NCBI GenBank assembly: GCA_951406725.2
Contig: OX597826.1
Span: 84,134,934 to 84,198,933 of the forward strand
Source: Octopus vulgaris
Lineage: Eukaryota
DNA: 64,000 nucleotides
Direction of reading: 5' to 3'
Shown here: one piece after another, positions 27,583-41,161 of the stretch
How positions within the stretch are numbered: position 1 is the stretch's first letter
Layout of the letters: every line of letters begins with the position of its first letter
Program-made: the position numbers and the translations under genes
The notes under the pieces: generated by a model
Database searches by the model: none
Told to the model about the DNA's origin: nothing
The model's input: only the letters and a program-made list of their open reading frames with translations

Positions 27583-28772
27583 ATTTAGAGCAAATGGTTT
27601 ATTTTTCTCTTACTATTTCTGAACAGATATCCTGTTTTTACCTTCCTTGCTATTAAAGAGAGGGGGATCAAAGAGAAGATGTATATTAGAGGGGATAGCA
27701 AGTTCCCTTGGAAAATCTCTTTTGATATTAATTTTCCCTAAAATGGTCTCATCTGAGTAGAGGTTTCTTCATGCTAAAGCTAATTAACTCTTTTATGTTG
27801 TCTGTTATACTGAATATATTCAAACATTCATTTACACATGAGTGTGGTATCATATCATAGGCTTTCCTATAATCTATTCATGCTATTGTTAGAGTTTTCT
27901 TTCTAGCTTTTACTTCATTTAGAACTGCTTTTTCTATGTATAATAAACAAAGAAAATTTTATAATAAAAGAAAATCAAAATACCTGTTCCATTTTGGGAA
28001 GGTTTCAATTCTTTTCTCAACTTTTTGAACAGAAAACAAGCAAATATGAGCCATCCAAGGAATATAACATAAGATACCACCAGAAGAACAATAGGAAAAA
28101 TAATCGTTTGACTTCATTTCAGGCAAAGCACCAAGGAAGTAATTGCGAGTGCCTTAGTGAATAGAAATACACACACGGCAATGAAGGCGGAATACTTTCT
28201 TGAGAGAGAATTGTCTGGAAAAGATCATGTAAGAGTATTATAAGATTTTAGATATCATGATGGAGAATTATCAGATGAGAAGACAATGTGTTGTTAGAAT
28301 CAGTAAGAGACCGGATAAAATGCTCAGTGACATTTCATCCGTCTTTATGTTCTGAGTTTATATTCATCCATGATCGACTTTCACTTTTATCCTTTCGGAT
28401 TCGATATAATAAGTACCAGCTGAGCAATGGGGTTGATGTAATCGACTCAGCCCCTCTCACTAAATTTCTGGCCTTGTGTCAAAATATGATACTAATTTAC
28501 ACTTAAACCAACGGTAGATACCCAAAGTAAGTACCAATGGCGTATGAAGCACCTAAAACAAATATTTTAAATAAATGTCTAAAATCAAAATACCTCTTCT
28601 ATGTTGGAAAGTTTTCATTTGTTTTCTTATCTTCCAGGACAGAAAGCATCCAAGAATGAGCAGAAATTGAAATAAAGCCATGAAGACAATGATCCAGGTA
28701 CATCTTCTTGGTATAGGACCTTTACCTGAAAAAGATCACGAAAGAATATTTCAATATGATAAGCCTTATAAT

Positions 28773-29242
28773 ACAATACCGTGCAAAAGTCTTTGGTCAC
28801 TTTAAACTATTGTAAATTTCTACTAATTGCCAAATTATAAGTGGATGATTTGCATTGCGTTTCTTTACAGATGAAACACTGGCCTTGCTGGAGTCATTTC
28901 TATACCTAATCTTTTTATTTCATGGTAGTGGTTCTGAATTAGAGGGGAAGATGTGAGACAACCACCAAAAATGGCTGAGAAAAAGTTTTTGGACCCCTCA
29001 CATAAACCAATCAAGATAGTGTTTTAAAACGAAAAAATGTCTGTCATGAAAATATATTACATAACATAATTTATTACATAGGCAAAGGAGTGGCTGTGTG
29101 GTAAGTAGCTTGCTTACCAACCACATGGTTCCGGGTTCAGCCCTGCTGTGTGGCACCTTGGGCAAGTGTCTTCTACTATAGCCTCGGGCTGACCAAAGCC
29201 TTGTGAGTGGATTTGGTAGACGGAAACTGAAAGAAGCCCGTC

Positions 29243-29298
<56 letters not shown>

Positions 29299-29800
29299 GT
29301 ATATGTTTGTGTGTTTGTGTTTGTTCCCCTAACATCGCTTGACAACCGATGCTGGTATGTTTACATCCCTGTAACTTAGTGGTTCAGCAAAAGAGACTGA
29401 TAGAATAAGTACTAGGCTTACAAAGAATAAGTCCTGGGGTCGATTTGCTCAACTAAAGGTGGTGCTCCAGTACACCCACAGTCAGATGACTGAAACAAGT
29501 AAAAGAGTAAGAGTAACGTTCCCTTCAAGAAGTTACTGTACGTTGTTAATATTTCTTGTGGCTTCCTTAGTTTGAAGAAGAGCTTCAATGCACCTGTGGT
29601 GAGATGCATACAAATCCTTTCCCATCTTCACAGGTCTGAGATACCATTCCCTGTGGCTGAGCTCCTACAACTCTTCAAGTTTGCATGAACTCTTCTCTTT
29701 AGTTCTATCCGCATTTGCTTGAAGATATTTAAGTTAGGGCTCTGAGCTGGCCAATCTTTCAATACGGTAACACTTTCATCAGTGGTCAAAATCCTTTCAA
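28773..29800 (-). mobile_element. Tc1/mariner remnant interrupted by a SINE
   Basis: DWPAQSPNLN...ELKRRV at about 29690-29770; Tc1-like end ta|caataccgtgcaaaagt at 28773. Confidence 0.6.
29078..29516 (+). mobile_element. Full-length S1 SINE
   Basis: A box tggctgtgtgg, B box ggttcagccc, internal (TA)n, 3' cagtc-agat-gactgaaac plus aagtaaaagagt tail. Confidence 0.9.
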
Positions 29801-30400
29801 AACATAGACGAAAGAATGAACACAAATAAATATACAAACTATACAAAGTATCACCCTAAAAATGTATCACTTATCAATGCAGTCAATAAAACGCAACAGT
29901 TAATGGCTGTGGTGGCAGTACCAGATGACTTGTTGACTTCAGGATCAATTAAGGAGAGTCATGCTTTAAATGAGATGAAATGGAAAATGTACGACCCATC
30001 CTTGACATCTGCTGAATAAAGAGCAAAATATTATCTGACACACGTTTCGACAGCACTAATTGTTGGATACTGATATGCAATGAGATTTGTATTATTGGTA
30101 CGATCTCTTGAGGGTGCATGAATTTGACACTGTATAATATGACCAACTCTGAAACCCATCAAATAACCATGTGACTACAAAGAATGTAAAATCATTCAAA
30201 AGAAAAGTATTCTATAAATAACCACTTCTCAAGGAATTCTACCAACTTCAACAAAAATTGTTACTGGTGCTGCTGAATTTTACACAAACAATCAGTTATG
30301 AAAAATAGCTCATCGATGGATTTACTACTAATAACACCATGCCTAATTCAAAATGATAACGGAGGAAAATTCCTATTTCAATAGTGTCATATTTATTTAT

Positions 30401-30488
30401 ACGCCCTGAAGAGATTGTGCTAATAATGCATAAGTTGTTGTATGCAACAATATGCAATTAATGTAATCGAATCACATGTGTCAGAAAA
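30401..30488 (+). ncRNA. Degenerate type I hammerhead motif
   Basis: CUGAAGA (30406), stem II gauu.../...aauc, GAAU instead of GAAA, palindromic cacaugug, UC; stem I unpaired. Confidence 0.4.
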
Positions 30489-30559
30489 TTATTATGCATA
30501 AACCAACTGTTAAAAGAGATAAAAATAATTGAAGTGGATAATGACAGAACATTCATCTG

Positions 30560-30850
30560 CGGATCCATTGAGAGTTCTTTGGGCCTCCAAATATTGTTAT
30601 GTCATTATTTTGCTGCCCTTAACAAAATCATAAATCATGGCTTAGACACTTCAGGTTTCGCTTCTCAGTATGATCTAGCAGGGCTAGACCAAGGGGACGG
30701 TAAAAAGCCTGACGGTATGACAGTTTTCCCACTCGGAGTCGGTAGGGCCTTTATATGGGAGGACAAATGCTGTGTCACCTTATACTTCAGCAGCTTGGTG
30801 TGTTTAGATACCAGCCCACATAAAAGAAGCCCTTGCCGATGACGTGTGAA
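30560..30850 (+). pseudogene. CRE-like LINE restriction-like endonuclease fragment
   Basis: ALNKIINHGL...GLDQGDGKKPDGMTVFP..GRAFIWE resembles the RPDG motif region of CRE-clade RLE domains. Confidence 0.65.
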
Positions 30851-31589
30851 GATAACTCTTGGTAGTAACCCATAAAAAGCATCTGAGCTGGTGACGCTTA
30901 AGGGACACTCAGTACCCTTTGTGGATTAGTTGGCATTAGAAACCAAGCCAGAACAAACGAATGGGACCTGTACCAGTTCTGCTTAACAGTTCCAATTAAA
31001 CCGTCTAACACATAGCATAAATGAAAAGGGACATTAAATGATGATGGTGATGATGATGAGGAGGACGAGGAAGAAGGGGAGGTGGCAGGGGAAAGAAAAT
31101 TGAAAACAACTATCAAATGAATTCTATTAAAATTCTTCACTTACAATTAACGTGAAAATGTTGATCTTCTCTGAATATTTCGCCAATAATGAAACTGCAT
31201 GTCACATTTCCAGAATAATCCAATAAAGTTAATGTTGCGATGTTGCTGAAAGTTCTTCCATCAGAAGACTTGTTCTCACGGACATTGCTAAATTTCAAAA
31301 GTTTCTGAGAAAGGAAAATATGACGAATTACACAGGCGCAAGAGTATCTGTGTGGTAAGAAGCTTGCTTCGCAACCACATGTTTCCAGGTTTAGTTCCAC
31401 TGAGGGGTAACTTGGGCAAGCGTCTTCCACTATACTCTTATGCCGACCAATGACTTGTGAAGGGATTTGATTGATGGAAACTAAAAGAAGCCCACCATGT
31501 GTATGTATATGTTTATATATTAAATAAAACAGGATGACTATGATAAATTTTATTTACTGCATATACTTAATGTATATAAAGATAAACAT

Positions 31590-31885
31590 TGCCCTTTTCA
31601 AGCCTTGCCTGGTTTCCTGGTTTCTGTGGCGTATGTTCCCCTCCCCCCACTCAGCTGGACGGGACGCCAGTCCATCGCAGCGTTACTCAAGAAACAGGAA
31701 GAAAGAGTGAGAGAAAGTTGTGTCGAAAGAGTACAACAGGGGTCGCCACCACTCCCTGCTGGAGCCTCGTGGTGCTTTAGGTATTTTTGCTCAATAAACA
31801 CACACAACGCCGGTCTGGGAATCGAAACCACGATCCTTCGACTGCGAGTCCACTGCCCTAACCACTGGGCCATTGTGCCTCCACA
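31590..31885 (-). mobile_element. Intact S2 SINE
   Basis: tRNA head tggcccagtgg / gtttcgattccc; contains a single tcgccacc. Confidence 0.9.
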
Positions 31886-32246
31886 CTTAATGTATATACT
31901 TTGTGTATTTCCCCAGGGCTGTCACAGAGTGGGTATGAAACACCTCAGACGTTGACAGGTGAAACAACTCACCACCAATCCTATTTAGGAATGATGGACA
32001 CAGCGTGTTTGATAATTTTTAGAGATTATGTGCACCACCTGTACGCCTGTCTCCATCTCATGTGTTTCACGCCATGTCTGAGGTGTTTTAAAGCTTCTAA
32101 GTCCTTCTCAATTGGTAAAAATAATCAAACTTTAAATCTCTGTAACTATTTTCGAAAATATTTCTGAAATAATTAAATCAAATTCAGTGCAAAGAATTCC
32201 TACAATATACCAAATTTGAAAATTCTCACTTAATTTTATAATTTTA

Positions 32247-32330
32247 CTAGCAGAGATACCCAGCGTTGTCCGGTTACATTCAATAGAAGAATTAGTTTTT
32301 TCTGTTATATATATATATATATATATATGG

Positions 32331-32381
<51 letters not shown>

Positions 32382-34052
32382 TATATGTATGTTAATATAA
32401 ATACATGAAAGTACATGAAGTTTGTTAAAAAAAGGGGATCATGTATATACCTCCTGGCTGTTGAGATTATAACACCTCGTTGTAAACAATGTTCCTTGTT
32501 TTTCCTTGTGGAGCATATACAAAAAGGTTTCTTTTGGTTCCTACTCTTGAGCAGCCAACATACAGTTGCCTATGCGAGAAGCAGGGCTCTTCCAAGAGAA
32601 GACCAGCTACAGAGAGGGTTTGACCCTGAGATTTGTTAATGGACATGGCAAAGCTGACACGAAGGGAGAATTGCAGTCTTCTGAATGTAAATGGAATTTC
32701 TGCTCCTGATGGAGTAAGAAGAAATCTTGGAATAAAGACGTCATCACCTTTTCCACATCCAGAAAGAATGATCGCCTTGATAACGTGTGATATCATTTTC
32801 TTTATCACCAGTTGTGTTCCATTGCAAAGTGTTGGTGGTTCCAGATTGCGGAGTAGCATTACAGGAGTTCCAACTTTAAGTGGTAATATGTGTGGAGGTA
32901 GTCGAGGAGGCTCCAGTGAATTGAGAAATTCAGGAGGATAGTTCACAACTTCATTTATATCCGGAATTGTATCAACAGACTTGTAAGTGTGTATAGTGCC
33001 GGGAAGAGAATGCATTAGCTGTTGATTAATTTTGTTAACAGTGACGTTTTTTGGAGCTAATATTGCTCTTTCACACTGCCAATTGTGATTTTGGTAGTTT
33101 TGTGTGAAGTTGGGAAAGACTTTGTATTTGAGGTCATCTACAGAATTAACAACAGAGGAAAATGACCACACTTCCATTTGTCCTGCAGCATCGAGAGGCA
33201 TCTTGCCTTCACCAAGTGTCAAAATGTCCTGTGCAAACTTTGTGGACATTTTGTCGCCGTGTAGCTGAGCTCTCATGTTAGTGGTGAGACTAAAGATTGT
33301 AACATGATGCCACAGGGTAGAGGACTTTAGGCATGCTTGAACTTCATCAGCTCTAGTGCCTTTCGGAATGACAGGAAGAGTTTGCCTGAAATCACCTGAC
33401 AACAGAAGCGTTACACCTCCCATTGGAGCCTGACAGTCTCGGATGTCTTTCAGGGCTCTATCTAATGCTTCCAAAGCTCCCTTGTGAGCCATAGTGCACT
33501 CATCCCAGACAATTACATAAACACATTTTAAGTACTTGACCCTGATCAGAGCTTTTGTTGATGTTGCATGAAGGCATTTCGGATGCTGCTAAATTGAGAG
33601 GGAGTTTAAAAGTTAAGTGTGCTGTCCTGCTACCGTGTAACAAAGTAGCTGCAATGTCAGAGGAGGCTACAGCTACTGCAATGTCCTGATGCTACCTAAC
33701 TTCTGCAAGGAGAAGCTTTGTAATAAATGTTTTTCCTGTCCCTCCAGGAGCATCGAGGAAGAAGATTCGTCCCTCGCGTTGGCGTACACTGTTAAGAATA
33801 GTTCTGTAGGCCTGCAGCTGGTCCGGAAGTAATTTAGGCTCATTTTCAACAATGTACTTTGAAAGCACTTGAGTGTCGTAGGTTGTTTCACGAATGACAG
33901 CAGTAGGAAGGCTATTTGACCCTGACCTGAATGCTTGTGGCAGGCCATACGTCGACAATTCATTTCCACCCAGTTTAGCAATTCTGTCTTCAACGTCAAT
34001 GAGTGTTTTGTTATAGATTTCATTGCTGATACCCTCCATGTCAGGATAGAGC
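32247..34052 (-). mobile_element. Helitron 3' portion with PIF1-like helicase (frameshifted)
   Basis: DAPGGTGKT, DECTMAHK, GDFRQTLPV, ERAILAPKN, LCNGT, FAMSINKSQGQTL; 3' hairpin plus CTAG|T end at 32247. Confidence 0.93.
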
Positions 34053-34944
34053 AGTTGAGCTTGGTGCTGAAGGGGACAATGTTTTTTAGATTCCGGTTCG
34101 AATGTAAGGCAGGTTTGAAAGTGTTCCCAACAGTTATTAGTTGTAGTGGTAGAGTGTTTATGCCGAATATGTACGTATGCATGTATATATATGTATGTAT
34201 GCCTGTATATATGTACAAATCCACTGAGAAGGCTTTTGTTGGTCTGAAGCTACAGCAGAAGACACATGCCAAGTCACCACACAGTGGGACTGAACCCAGG
34301 ACTATGTGTTTGGAACGTAGTTTGTTACCACACAGCCACACCTGCCCCTATGTGTGTGTGTGTGTGTGTGCGTATGTGTGTATGGGTAGATATATTATGC
34401 ATGTATATATGTGTATATATATGTGTACATATTACATGTACATCTATATATATACATCTACACATAAAATACAAAATACAAAGTTTTATCTTGATATTGC
34501 TAGTGATAACAATACTCAAAATATATAACAGACTGGAATTGTAGGCCCGTCTCTTGCAATTACGATCAATTGGATCTTGTCCTCCCTCTTATATAGAAGT
34601 GTACGGCTGCAGCGAAATTCATTTTTGGACTTTCTTCTATCGAAGGCATTTTAACAAAAATGCTTCTGTAAAGACGGTAAAAATATTGTCAATTTTCCCA
34701 AACAGGGACACAATTCAATTTTTAAACAATAACCAAAGCCCCTTCTCCGAAAGGGGGAGGGTTACGGTTTACAATTATTTAACAAATGCAACACAACAAC
34801 ATTTCCCTGACGAGGAACCAACAAACGTGATTACAATAGTCAAACAGTAATAATAATAACAACAAACCTTTTTAATTTATCCCCATTTATGTGAAACCAC
34901 TTATTCAAGTTCAAGTCATTGATGCAATTTTATACGAATTGCTA

Positions 34945-35011
<67 letters not shown>

Positions 35012-35776
35012 AGGGTGAAAAATTGATTATTAATTTGATTAATATGAATTGAAGACCATAGCGGATCTTCCTCTAGTAAAAAGGATGACCACTATTAATG
35101 GCTCATCCCTGTTATATAACACTTTCACTTTAATAGTTTCCCACTTGCAAAGAGAAAGTAGGAGAAAGTGTGGTGGTAATAGCAGGAGTAAACCACTTGA
35201 AATGAGAGAGGCAAATCGTAAAATATTGAGTTTTCTCGAATTTTTGCTTAATTGGGGGTTAAATTGAAAGAACTTTATATGCCATGACCCAATCGAATCT
35301 ACTTTGAAAAATCATAGGTAAATTCCAATTGAAGAAATTCTATATTGTAGAATTGTATTAAAAAGGAACATGGGAACAGGGAGAGAAAATCTACCTTTTA
35401 TCATAAGAGATGAATTGTGAACAAGACAGAAAATATGTGCCATATAGAAAGAAATAAAACAATATTCCATTGACTTAAATTTCCATCGAAACACTCGATT
35501 GATGTGAGAGGAAGGGAATTCCTCGCTATTATTTTGTATTCGCAGCTTCTGTTTGTGATTTCAATTTTCGGTTTCACTGTAATATATGTTACAAACATGC
35601 TTATGAACTGTAAAGAGAGTTGATACCGTTTACAAATAATGTCGTCTCTATTTTCTGTTTTTTATTGTCTTTTATGTGATTCAGATATTTGACTGCAGCC
35701 ATATGGGACATTTGAAAAAGTTTAGTTGAAGAAATAAAATCCAATCCTATGTACCTATATATGTATGTGAGTGTAT

Positions 35777-38700
35777 ATTGATTGATTCTGATTGATTGAT
35801 TCTAGTTTCAGCTCACGAGCTGTGGCCATGCTGGGGCACCGCCATTTGGTGTTGCTACATGGTTTTACTTCACGAATGCTTTTTAGCAACTGCCATTTGG
35901 TGCATGAGAGAGTTCGATGCAGCTGCCCTCATCTGCACCTCCTGCCGTGAAGTTGGTTCATCTGGGATACCTGACAAGAAGAGATCCAGTTTCATTTTAA
36001 AAACATCTGCATCCACCCCATGCAGGTTTCTTAGGTCCTTCGGGAGGATATTGAAGAGCTGTGGGCCTCGGAAGCCCAGGCTATCACAGTATCTTGTCCT
36101 ACATCTTGATGGCAAATTTGGAGTCCAAGGCACCACGCAGTGGCGCCCAGTTCTGGCATTTGTGTAACTCTCGATGCCAAAGTTTGGGACAAGTCCTTCC
36201 AGGATCTTCCAGATGTATATTATGGCATATCTTTCTCGCCTATGCTCCAAGGAATAGAGTTTTAATCTCTTGAGTCTTTCCCAGTAGCTTACATTCCGCA
36301 CAGAGGCTATCTTCTTCGTGTAGCTACGTTGGATCGCCTCAAGTTCTGTGATCAACTTGACACTGGATGGTGACCATAGCTGAGAGCAATAGTCAAAATG
36401 GCTTAGGACAAGTGTCCTCCAGAGGACCATCATGGTTTCTTGTTCTCCTGTTCTAAAGGTTCTGAGAATCCATCCGGCCAGTCGTCTACATTTCATTGCC
36501 AATTTAGCAACATGTACACGAATGGTTGCGTCATCACTCATGTAAATACCCAGGTCACGCACTGATTGTGCCTCTGGGATTGCAATTCCTCCGGGTCCAG
36601 TGTATTCATTGGGTATTGCATTTAGTTTTGCATGCTGATAGCATAAAGCTTGAAACTTTTCAGCATTGAACTGCATGCTATTCTTTTCAGCCCACTTGTA
36701 TATTTTGTCCAGCTCACATTGCAGGCGTTTAGTGTCCTCAGGGTTCTGTATTGCCTGTGAAACTTTTGTATCATCTGCATAACTTTTGATCGTGGTTCTC
36801 TGCATGGCTGAGGGCATGTCTGAGAGGGCCATTATGAACAGTAGTGGTCCCAAAACAGTGCCCTGCGGAACACCACTCACTACTACCACCTGACTTCTAT
36901 CTTTCAGAAAGTCATGAAGCCATTCTCCCAGTTTTCCAACTATGCTAAGATCACGCAGTTTGTGACATATCATTCCATGATCGACTTTATCAAAGGCCTT
37001 TGCAAAGTCGAGATATATCACTTCCACATTTGAGTGGTTGAGCAGTCATTTCAGCACCCAGTCATAGTGTTGTAGGAGCTGAGTTAAGCAGCTTCTTCCT
37101 GGTCGGAAACCATGTTGGGTGTCAGGCAGCAAGTCATTTTCTTCAAGGAAGGTGATCAGTTTCCTTCTGACTATTCGTTCCATGACCTTGCTGATGTGTG
37201 AGGTCAGAGAGATAGGTCTGTAGTTCTTGGCCTCCGCTCTGCTACCTCCTTTATGAATAGGGCATATTTTACCTTCCTTCAGTTTTCTTGGAAGTTTGCC
37301 AGCTGCAAGGAAGCTCTGAAAGAGGAACTGCAGTGGTCTTGCTAGGACTCTCTTACATACTTTTAGGAGGATTGCCGGGAATCCATCGGGGCCAGTAGCT
37401 GAGTCTGTTTTCATTTCATCTATAGCCTTTCTTACATCGTCTTCCTTTATATCCATGTAATCTATCGTCGCCGCCTCTGATTTTATATCTGCAGTGGTAA
37501 AGAAGTCAGTTGGATTGTGATTTGGAAATGCCCAAGGGGTGGAGTGAAAACACTCTTGAATTGCTCATTCAGTATTTCACTTACCCTCATTGGTTTTCCT
37601 GTGAGTGAGCCATCCTTTTCAACGAGTGGCCCTATCCTACAGTGCACCGTAGCTATTTCTTTGGCATACCTGTAGAAAGCTCTGGGGTTAGATTTTATGT
37701 TGTCTATAGCCCAGGCTTCTTTGTCTGCTCTTTCCTTTTCATGGGAGAGTTGCAGACATTTTTCAATTTCCAACAGTTTTATTTTCAGGCGGGACTTTTC
37801 ACTGCTTTCAATTTGTTTGTTTAGGCGATTTGAAATTTTTGTACGCCGTCTCATTAAAATTTTCCTCTCTCTGGGGATTTTGTTCTTGTGTACAGTGGCC
37901 TTTCTCTCTGGGACACATTTGTAGCATATGGCTTGCATTACAGATATGAATTGTTGAAGTTTCACGTCGATGTCTGGCGAGGAGAGACATTCAGGCCAGT
38001 TTTGTTTGAGAATCTCTTTCTCAATTTGTTTCCAGTTTGCCTTATGGAAGTTCAAGCTAGAAAGATTCTGAGGGTTTCTTGTAGGCTGCATGTCCATGCT
38101 TTCCTTTGGCCCGTACATGGTTGGCTCTACCATGTTGTGATCCGAGAGTAGTGTCGGTGTCACTTTCACATTATGGATGAGATCCATATTATTTGTGAAG
38201 CAGAGATCCAGTGTGTTACCTGCCCTGGTTGGTTGGAGTATTACTTGCTCCATGTACAGGGTGTTGATGAGGTTCAAGAGGGACGTCGCCTGTCCTCGTT
38301 CACATCTTGTCATTCCTGGGAGAGAAAGACCCTCGGGCCATCTGACATTGGGTAGATTGAAGTCTCCCATAAGTACACTTATGTGTTGTTCTAATGTGAT
38401 TAGAACTTCTATTTTTATAAGGCAGTCTTCAAACTTGCCTACATGGCTTGGGGCATCTGGAGGGCGATATGTAGCACACACAACTACATCAAGTTGCCTT
38501 ATATGTACAATTAGTGTGTCACACACCGAGTTTGAGTATGACAAAAGGACTTGGGGTGTGAGGTCCTCACGGATGTACATAGCAACTCCTCCATGATTCC
38601 TTTCTTTTCTGTCGGTCCGTAGTACAACATACTGTGGTATGTGTAATTCCGCATCTGCTATGTCCGGTTTCAGGTGCGTTTCCGTAAGTGCTATGCATAA

Positions 38701-39632
38701 GGCTTGATTGCATGCAACAAAGTCTCTCAAGAACGGGATTTTTGTCCTGTTACTGAGTGTTTGCAGTCCTCTGATGTTCAGTAGGAGCATCGAGGTGAGG
38801 TGTATGCTGTTGCCGGCGGTGTCCACCTTGGGTCTATTTGCTGTGGTGGTCTTGTATATTGTGGGTAGTCCCATCTGCGAGCTTGGGTTTGATGAAGCCA
38901 GGTTAGCTGCTGTACAATTTTTGTGCCATGCACAAAAAAGATTCTTGTTCAGCAGCTGCCCTTTCAACATCATGTTGGCGGTTTGTGGCACGCACCACAT
39001 CTGCGTACCTCCGTTTTGGGGCAGGTGGTGCGTGGTCCATCCCTTTTCCTTTTGTTAGTTTGTTTCTGATCTGTTTCGTGTCTCTGCGGCAGGGTCCCCG
39101 ATGTACAAAACGGCAGCCTGCACCTTCCTCTCCATGCCAGCAGGTACCTCTCAGGTAGAACCTACACACCCGTGTGCGCTGTTTGTTTCCATCCTTTTTG
39201 GTATATGGATAGTCAGTTTTACTTCTATTCTTGGCTGTTTCATTTTTTGGTTTTGTTTGAGTTTTTCTTTTAGTTTTTCCTCCTTTTATTTCTTCTTTGG
39301 GTTCTTCATCTCCATGGCTTTTGGTGCTGGTAGGAGCACTTGCACTTGGGTTTCCTTCCCGGGCAGGTTTCTCACTTGAAACCTCTTCCCGGATGTCTAC
39401 TAGGTGGGGGTGACTTCTTTCATCAGCACCCGTGTCTCTATCCTTGCCATCTTTACTTTGTTCGTTCTCATGTGAGATCTCATAAGTGCATAGGAGCGTA
39501 TAAACTCCTGCTTCTTCCGCTTTATCTGAGCTATTGTCCTTTTATAACTACTGCTCTTCAGCGCAGCTGTAATTATATTGTTAGGATTATCTCCATCGGC
39601 GCATTTCGTCACGTCTCCAGGTTCTGGACATG
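35777..39632 (-). mobile_element. Near full-length CR1-clade LINE (family A)
   Basis: ORF1 with CRFYLRGTCWHGEEGAGCRFVH; ORF2 [40 protein letters not shown]; frameshift near 37490, one nonsense codon at 37046; (aatc)n tail. Confidence 0.95.
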
Positions 39633-39729
39633 TTGGATATTTTATTTATTTATCTATCTAATTATGTTTAATACATACATACATACATATATATATGTTT
39701 AATACATACATACATACATATATATATGT

Positions 39730-39820
39730 GAAGTGAAACCAAGTAGCAACACCAAATGGCGGTGCCCCAGCATGGCCACAGCTCATAAGCTGAAACTAGA
39801 ATCAATGATGCAATCAATCA

Positions 39821-39823
<3 letters not shown>
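39730..39823 (+). mobile_element. Extreme 3'-end copy of LINE family A
   Basis: gtagcaacaccaaatggcggtgccccagcatggccacagctcataagctgaaactagaatcaat matches the reverse complement of 35790-35858. Confidence 0.9.

Positions 39824-41159
<1,336 letters not shown>

Positions 41160-41161
<2 letters not shown>

Larger units (their letters stand above)
26460..27945 (-). pseudogene. R4/Dong-like LINE RT fragment, interrupted at 26778-27582
   Basis: PHSCVNECLNIF, FQG..LSPL and KINHLL before the insert; MDDVKL, DIGMEFGIDKC and YKYLG after it. Confidence 0.75.

Noticed and set aside
32467-33492. Host PIF1 helicase gene
   Set aside because: Intronless, frameshifted upstream and followed by a Helitron hairpin-CTAG terminus
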